NCBI RefSeq assembly: GCF_025526975.1
Contig: NW_026515685.1
Location: 248,001-312,000 of the forward strand
Direction of reading: 5' to 3'
DNA from: Fimicolochytrium jonesii
Taxonomy: Eukaryota
Length of the DNA stretch: 64,000 nucleotides
Shown piece by piece: positions 58,991 to 64,000 of the stretch. Each line of letters opens with the position of its first letter. Within the stretch, counting starts at the first letter, position 1. The translations under genes were made by a program, and so were the position numbers. The notes beneath the pieces were generated by a model that saw nothing but the letters and a program-made list of their open reading frames with translations, did no database searches and was not told the origin of the DNA.

Positions 58991-61900
58991 GGGGGTCGGG
59001 GGTTGCTGTGCGGGAAGCGGTGCTATGGCAGCGAGTGACAGTATTTCGGCAAGGGTCCAAGGGACGCGCAAGGCACTTATTGCAAGCGGAACTCAAGGGA
59101 CCGAGATGCAACAAGCAACAAGCAACAAAGCACAAACGACAATGTTCTTCACCATAACCATAAGTCCTCTTCGTTTACGACTTACTACGCTAGTAAGGGA
59201 CATAGACTTGGAGGTGAATAAGTCTGTACCGGTCGCGGATCGACCGGCAATCAAAGAAGGAAGTCCGGTTCATGTTCACTGGACGGTGGTAAAAATGCGA
59301 GCGCCGGTAAAAACTTGAAGCCGAATCGACATTCAACGTTTGCCATCCGGTACCTTTTTCTACCAAGAACGTCTAGTCGAAATCAGAAGCTTGTTGCAGG
59401 CTAGCTCGGGGTGCACGGGTGCGTCCCTAAGACGACGGTGTCCGTTCTACACCGAACCATTGTTCGCCGACGACTCGCAGTCTGTTTTACGGTTGAGCTT
59501 GAGAGGAAGGCGGAGTTCTGCGGAAATGCGGTTATTTTTTACCGTTGGGTCGGAGAGATGTGTTCGCTGGGGCTTTCTTTCGACAGGGGATTGACGGCAC
59601 GTTCTGGAAAAGGTGACAGAACGCGGGATGCATTTTCTTCGCCATACGACTTTGAATCGCCCGTGCGATGCCCATCCGATATCAAGGTTCCGGGGGTTGG
59701 AAGACCCAGAACACCTGCTTGTCGGCTCGCCAGGCCTTTGATAATCGAATGTGCGCAGGCACGAGGAAAGGCAAAGCCATCATTCCTCTCTGCCTGGTCG
59801 GCTCAATGGGGACACTTTTCCCGGAATGTATGGCATCCATAACTCGGTGTTTCGAGCATATGCATGTCCCGGCAACGACCATCGCCATTTGTTGCTCCAC
59901 TCCTATTCGCCTCGAGTAGCCCACTAGGCTCCCATACCCAGGGACGCTCGCCATTGGCCGTCATTTCGAGTAGTCTACGTCAAACAAACCCACCGCCTGC
60001 GTTGACTATCCCGCGCAATCATTCAGTGGCAAGTTGAAGAGTATTGGGGGATACAAAGGGCTGGAGGCTGGGGGAGAGGGAACCGGGACCACCCGCAGGA
60101 GCATGATTCAGCCTTCTTACGGACCGAAGGATACGTGTGTTTGTACATGTCTGCGGCGGGGTTTGCTAGTATTCGATTTTTGTACTGTACGCATATACAA
60201 CTTTCATCCAATAAGAGCAAAACTTTTGGGAGACGCAAACGAAAGGACATCCATGAGTAGAACGACGTGAAAACGGCGGCAACCCTGATGCACGGAGGCA
60301 GCTGTAAGCCGTTGCGCTAGTAGGCCTTTGTTAACCGAGCGATGATACTTACAATATCAGAGAAGATGAACGGACCAGTCTGGAAGCTCATGTTGGATTT
60401 TGGCAAGTAGCCCTGGTTTCCGATATGAAACGAAACCTTCTAAGGCGTGACATTCAGAATACAACATTAATTATAGATTGCGCGGCGAAGAAGCCTTGAT
60501 CGTAAGAGTCCAATCGCATCCTTCCCCCATCAAAGTACCCGAACAGAATAAATCATGTAAATCTTCAGAATGAATCATGTAAATCGTCAGGGAAGCGATT
60601 ACAGGTTCAACTGTCTGCGCAGGTCTGGTACAACGAGTTTCAGGAGTAATCCTCCAAGCAGGGTCGCTCAAACCGAGCGTAAGACCAAACCTCTGCAATC
60701 TCCGGACATTCATTGCTCCAGCAGTTTGGACCGCTGGTTTCGACTCCTTGTTCCGACTCCGATGTAGCAATGAGCGAACATGACATCCTTGTGGTCAGGG
60801 GCAGACATGTAGGCAACCAGCTTTGTCCGGTGACAAACACCGACTCCGGTGGGGCGCAGTGAGGCATTGGGTGAAGCGGACGGGCGGCTGCCCAACAACG
60901 GCGTAGAGTTACTCTGCATGGAACAAAAACCCTCCTAAAAGACCGAGGGAGATGTTGCGGATCGTTGGAAAAACTAGCAGCGCACTTGCAAGACATGCGC
61001 GATCTGGTAATTGCGCCGAGGATCCACAAGGAGAAGCAAATGCACGTCATCCAGCGAACACGGGACGGTCGGGTGGATGGAGCAGAGTGGACATTGTCAA
61101 CGCATGAGGTGGCGCACGCTGTTTGGTCGGGCCGTGGTCAACATCGCAGAAAATCATCGCTTTGGGCGACAGCGGATGGCGGATTCCGCTTGCGACGACA
61201 GGTTTCCGCAATCAGAACTTTGAGCTTCGAGAACGATGTCATACATCTTCCAGGTGATGGCCTATGTCCCTGACTGCATTCGGGAACACCCTTCTCTGAT
61301 AGGCATGGGCATCCTGATTCGAGGGAAGAGGTAGAATGGACCGCGAGGAGTCGCAATGCATCCACGCCTGCGCGCGGCTCATTCTGCCTCATCCACCCTC
61401 CTCTATGCGATCCACTCCTCCTCCGGACCCAGTCCTGTTTTGCTGGTGACAGCCTTACAATTAGCTAGCTGCCAATGAAGTGGAGTAAACTCTGTTTCCC
61501 GGGCGAAACACAGCTCACACTTGTCCGCGGATATCAAAGCTCTCGTGAAACAGTCTCTCTCTACTTCAAGCTGGATCTGATACGTCTCGAGCAGACGTCC
61601 GGCTCCTCCCAATGCAGCCTCTTCTCCCAGTTCCCCCGAAAGTCTGCGGGTAAGTAGTTAGCAATTTGATAATGTACCCATCGGGAATCTGCTTTTTAAA
61701 CTGATTCTCAACGCATTGTGCGGTCCGTCGCAGAACGTTAGGTTTTCCTCCAACTTCCAGGAGTCGGAGGACGATGGACATTGATTGGAGACTCCATGAC
61801 TTGCGACGCGTTTTCCATTCGCAGCGAATGCGGCGATGTCCAGATCGATCAGATCCGCCAGCGGCATTGCATCCACACACAGACGTATCAATAGCTACTG

Positions 61901-62672
61901 GCATGCGTCAGTCCCCGATGTGGATAGCCCGCCTCGTGGAAGTAGCGCGATATCTTTCCAAAGATGGACTTACCAGTCCGTCGTCTTGCCCGTGATACCG
62001 ATCTTCGTGGCATGTTCGGGACCATCGGCGAGTCAAGCGAGGGGAGGACCTCGCAGTCTGCGACGCTGCCAACCTCCCAGCGTCGCCAGCGTCGCCAAAT
62101 CATACTGTCCCAGTCAGCAACAGCCAAACCTTCTCCCTTTCTCTGTGTTCTCTTCAACTTTTCGTTTTATGTATTGTACAGTACAAACAGTTGTGGCACA
62201 GAAGTGACGAAAATGAAACTCAACGCGCACAAAATAGCTTTTTATACGTACATTGGACCATATTGAACACAGATGAGCCTGATGATGGACCTCCCAAGGC
62301 TCCCATCGAACCTCCACCGTCACTGTGAGCGGCTAATTCCTTCGCATTCCACAGGGCTTCTTCTGTTTTTTTTTTCATGTTGAAGGGATATTGAAGGGAT
62401 TTGCGGCGAGCTCTTCCAGCGAGGGCTTCCATGGAAGAAAGAGGGAGGAGGTATGGGGGCAAGGGGCGAGAATGAATTGGCAGACTCATCAACGCGGTGA
62501 CGGCGGGATGAAGGCTGCAACGATCAATGCAAGCGTGAGCGGGAAATGAAGCACAAGGAGAAGATCGGTGTCAGCTTTACGAAATTGGAGACTCACCCGA
62601 GCTTACGAACAACCCACCGCTTGGTCGCCAAGGGAGGAGGGTACGCTCGACGGTCGTCTGATCCGGTTCGTC

Positions 62673-62679
62673 TATAAAA
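62673..62679 (+). promoter_or_regulatory. TATA box upstream of the hairpin cluster
   Basis: TATAAAA followed about 25-35 nt later by a pyrimidine-rich stretch typical of a start region; no credible ORF downstream. Confidence 0.6.
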
Positions 62680-62749
62680 GACGGGGTCTGGAGCTCATCC
62701 CCACCACTTTTCTTCATCCGAGTCCCCCAACTCACATCGTTCAGCAAGC

Positions 62750-62850
62750 GCGATTACTGTTCTTTCGCATTCAGGTTCTGTCTTGCACATCAAAAGACAA
62801 TACGCAGTGGTGTGCGCAACACATAACTTGGAGCGGAGAATAGTAATTGC
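62750..62850 (+). ncRNA. Pre-miRNA-like hairpin 1 (conserved 3' arm 62824-62847)
   Basis: GCGATTACTGTTCTTTCGCATTCAGGTTCTGTCTTGCACATCA pairs with TGGTGTGCGCAACACATAACTTGGAGCGGAGAATAGTAATTGC, using G-U pairs on the plus strand. Confidence 0.7.
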
Positions 62851-62905
62851 TGTCGTCGGCAACATCAGTTTCCGCTTTTTCTGAACCTGTCAACCGCCCA
62901 GCTTC

Positions 62906-63034
62906 CCAGATACCACATCATCACTGTTCCTTCATTTCTGAGTTTGGTCCTGACGAGCTTTTGCATACGGCTTTCATTCGGCCTGTTGCCCATACGTCAG
63001 CACCTAACTTGGAATGGAGAATGGTAATGTCTGG
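62906..63034 (+). ncRNA. Pre-miRNA-like hairpin 2 (conserved 3' arm 63005-63028)
   Basis: CATCACTGTTCCTTCATTTCTGAGTTTGGTCCTGACG pairs with CGTCAGCACCTAACTTGGAATGGAGAATGGTAATG; basal CCAGA/TCTGG helix. Confidence 0.7.
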
Positions 63035-63094
63035 TCTTGATACATTGGCAAGGCCTTGACATCTTTACGGTCGTCTTTTCGATTTTTATTTTGT

Positions 63095-63222
63095 GTCGAG
63101 GTTCCGGTTACTGGTCTTTTCATTTCCGGGTTTTGCCTTGACGCTTCATGCGGCCCCATGTCGGGCCGGAGATGGCGATAATGCATAACTTGGAATGGAG
63201 AACAGTAATCAAGACTTCCGAC
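63095..63222 (+). ncRNA. Pre-miRNA-like hairpin 3 (conserved 3' arm 63186-63209)
   Basis: GGTTACTGGTCTTTTCATTTCCGGGTTTTGCCTTGACGCT pairs with GGCGATAATGCATAACTTGGAATGGAGAACAGTAATC; apical CGGCCC/GGGCCG helix and basal GTCGAGGTT/GACTTCCGAC helix. Confidence 0.7.
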
Positions 63223-63444
63223 GTTCTTTGGAATGTGACCATTTGCCTCGGTTACCCATCACTGGCAACCGATTAGCATCTCAAATTCAGTATGAATGAC
63301 ATCCAAACCATCCACGATCATTGAAGTCTGGCTTTCCTCAGTACCATCTCATTCGCATTCCAAAAACTTGTATTTCCAACAGCGTAATGGTATGCACCAC
63401 AACAGTCTCCCTCCCCCGCGAGAATGGTATATACACATAATCAA

Positions 63445-63624
63445 AAGGCACCACCGGGAATCCCGAGTCCTTTATCACAACAAAGAACCGCAAGCGCTGA
63501 TAATACCGTTCGGAGCAAAACTGGAGCCCCCGTCACTCCTCTCTCCTGAAGGCACCACCGGTAAACCGGGTCCTTATAGCAAACATAAACCGCAAGCACG
63601 ATATAACCCGACCGAACACAAACT
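63445..63624. repeat. Degenerate direct repeat, 2 x about 77 bp
   Basis: AAGGCACCACCGG...GTCCTT...AACCGCAAGC...AAACT at 63445-63522 and 63549-63624. Confidence 0.75.
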
Positions 63625-63651
63625 ACGGCCCCGTCAACGATTTTTTTTCCT

Positions 63652-64000
63652 TTAGGAAGGCGGCGCTAGTGGAGCCCAATCCTCACTGTCCGCGATTCCC
63701 TGCATGATTGCAGCGATGCTCTGTAGCGCTGAGTACGCTCCTGTTGAGGTGGAATATCAGTGACGAACGTACAAGTGAAGATACCGTTGCTGATCGAGCA
63801 ATACATACCCTGGCTTATGGTCAACTGGATTTTAAAAGGCCCCTCCCCGGGCTCCTCCGCATCTTCGTCATCCCCGCTCGCGGCACCCGACGACGACGCG
63901 GGCTCACCGTTGGCTCGAACGACGAGCGCGGTGAACTTCACGGGCTTAAGCACAATCCGTTCAGTCTGGGTAGCGTTCCCGCTGCTGAAGCCAGGAGCCG
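63652..64000 (-). CDS. 3' end of a gene entering from the right edge; C-terminus resembles the KA1-like tail of Gin4/Hsl1/BRSK-family kinases
   Basis: Intron 63808-63741 (GTATGT...CAG); spliced product LKPVKFTALVV...FKIQLTISQGAYSALQSIAAIMQGIADSEDWAPLAPPS*. The kinase domain itself is not visible. Confidence 0.55.

Noticed and set aside
59000..62600. Short ORFs upstream of the hairpin cluster
   Set aside because: No recognisable domains, and I found no additional copies of the 24-nt motif by eye.
62824..63209. The 24-nt repeats as a CRISPR-like array or as a minus-strand peptide repeat (ITILRSKL / ITILHSKL / ITVLHSKL)
   Set aside because: The spacers are 157 nt and contain the repeat's own complement, and no cas genes are present in this eukaryotic context. 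The 181-bp period is not a multiple of three, and no ORF or splice pattern links the peptides.
63340..63395. Possible fourth hairpin (AACTTG...GTAAT at about +180)
   Set aside because: The central sequence does not match the motif, and only a short GTACCAT/ATGGTAT helix can form.
1..64000. tRNA or rRNA genes
   Set aside because: No cloverleaf/T-loop consensus or rRNA-like sequence recognised by eye; tRNAscan-SE and Infernal would be needed to exclude them.

Overview
Eukaryotic, intron-containing, GC-rich DNA. Short GT-AG introns and the gene repertoire suggest a fungus, most likely an early-diverging chytrid-like lineage (inference). The first 5.6 kb is the 5' part of a decayed Ty3/Gypsy retrotransposon on the minus strand. 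It has a gag with a CCHC knuckle, a -1 frameshift signal, a protease, a broken RT interrupted by an unrelated 275-bp solo LTR with a 5-bp target-site duplication, and a near-perfect 920-bp tandem duplication in the LTR region. About 17 host genes follow: a cPLA2/lysophospholipase, a C-CAP-like protein, a DUF6625-like protein, a Cys-rich membrane protein, a GT4 glycosyltransferase, a Kelch-like protein, a bacterial-type polysaccharide lyase with a 9-nt microexon, LtrA, a Methyltransf_16 enzyme, several secreted proteins, a tandem CCCH protein, a PCL-type cyclin, a BTB-like protein and the 3' end of a probable Gin4/BRSK-type kinase. There is also an 812-bp TIR element and some decayed gene remnants. 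The most striking unexplained structure is at 62673-63222. A TATA box is followed by three tandem long imperfect hairpins whose 3' arms carry a conserved 24-nt sequence starting with U (TAACTTGGA[AT/GC]GGAGAA[YR]GTAAT), spaced exactly 181 bp apart. The 5' arms have diverged but still pair and keep the same mismatch/bulge pattern. This is the architecture expected of a polycistronic microRNA-like cluster. All family assignments come from motif recognition by eye; no database searches or folding programs were run.
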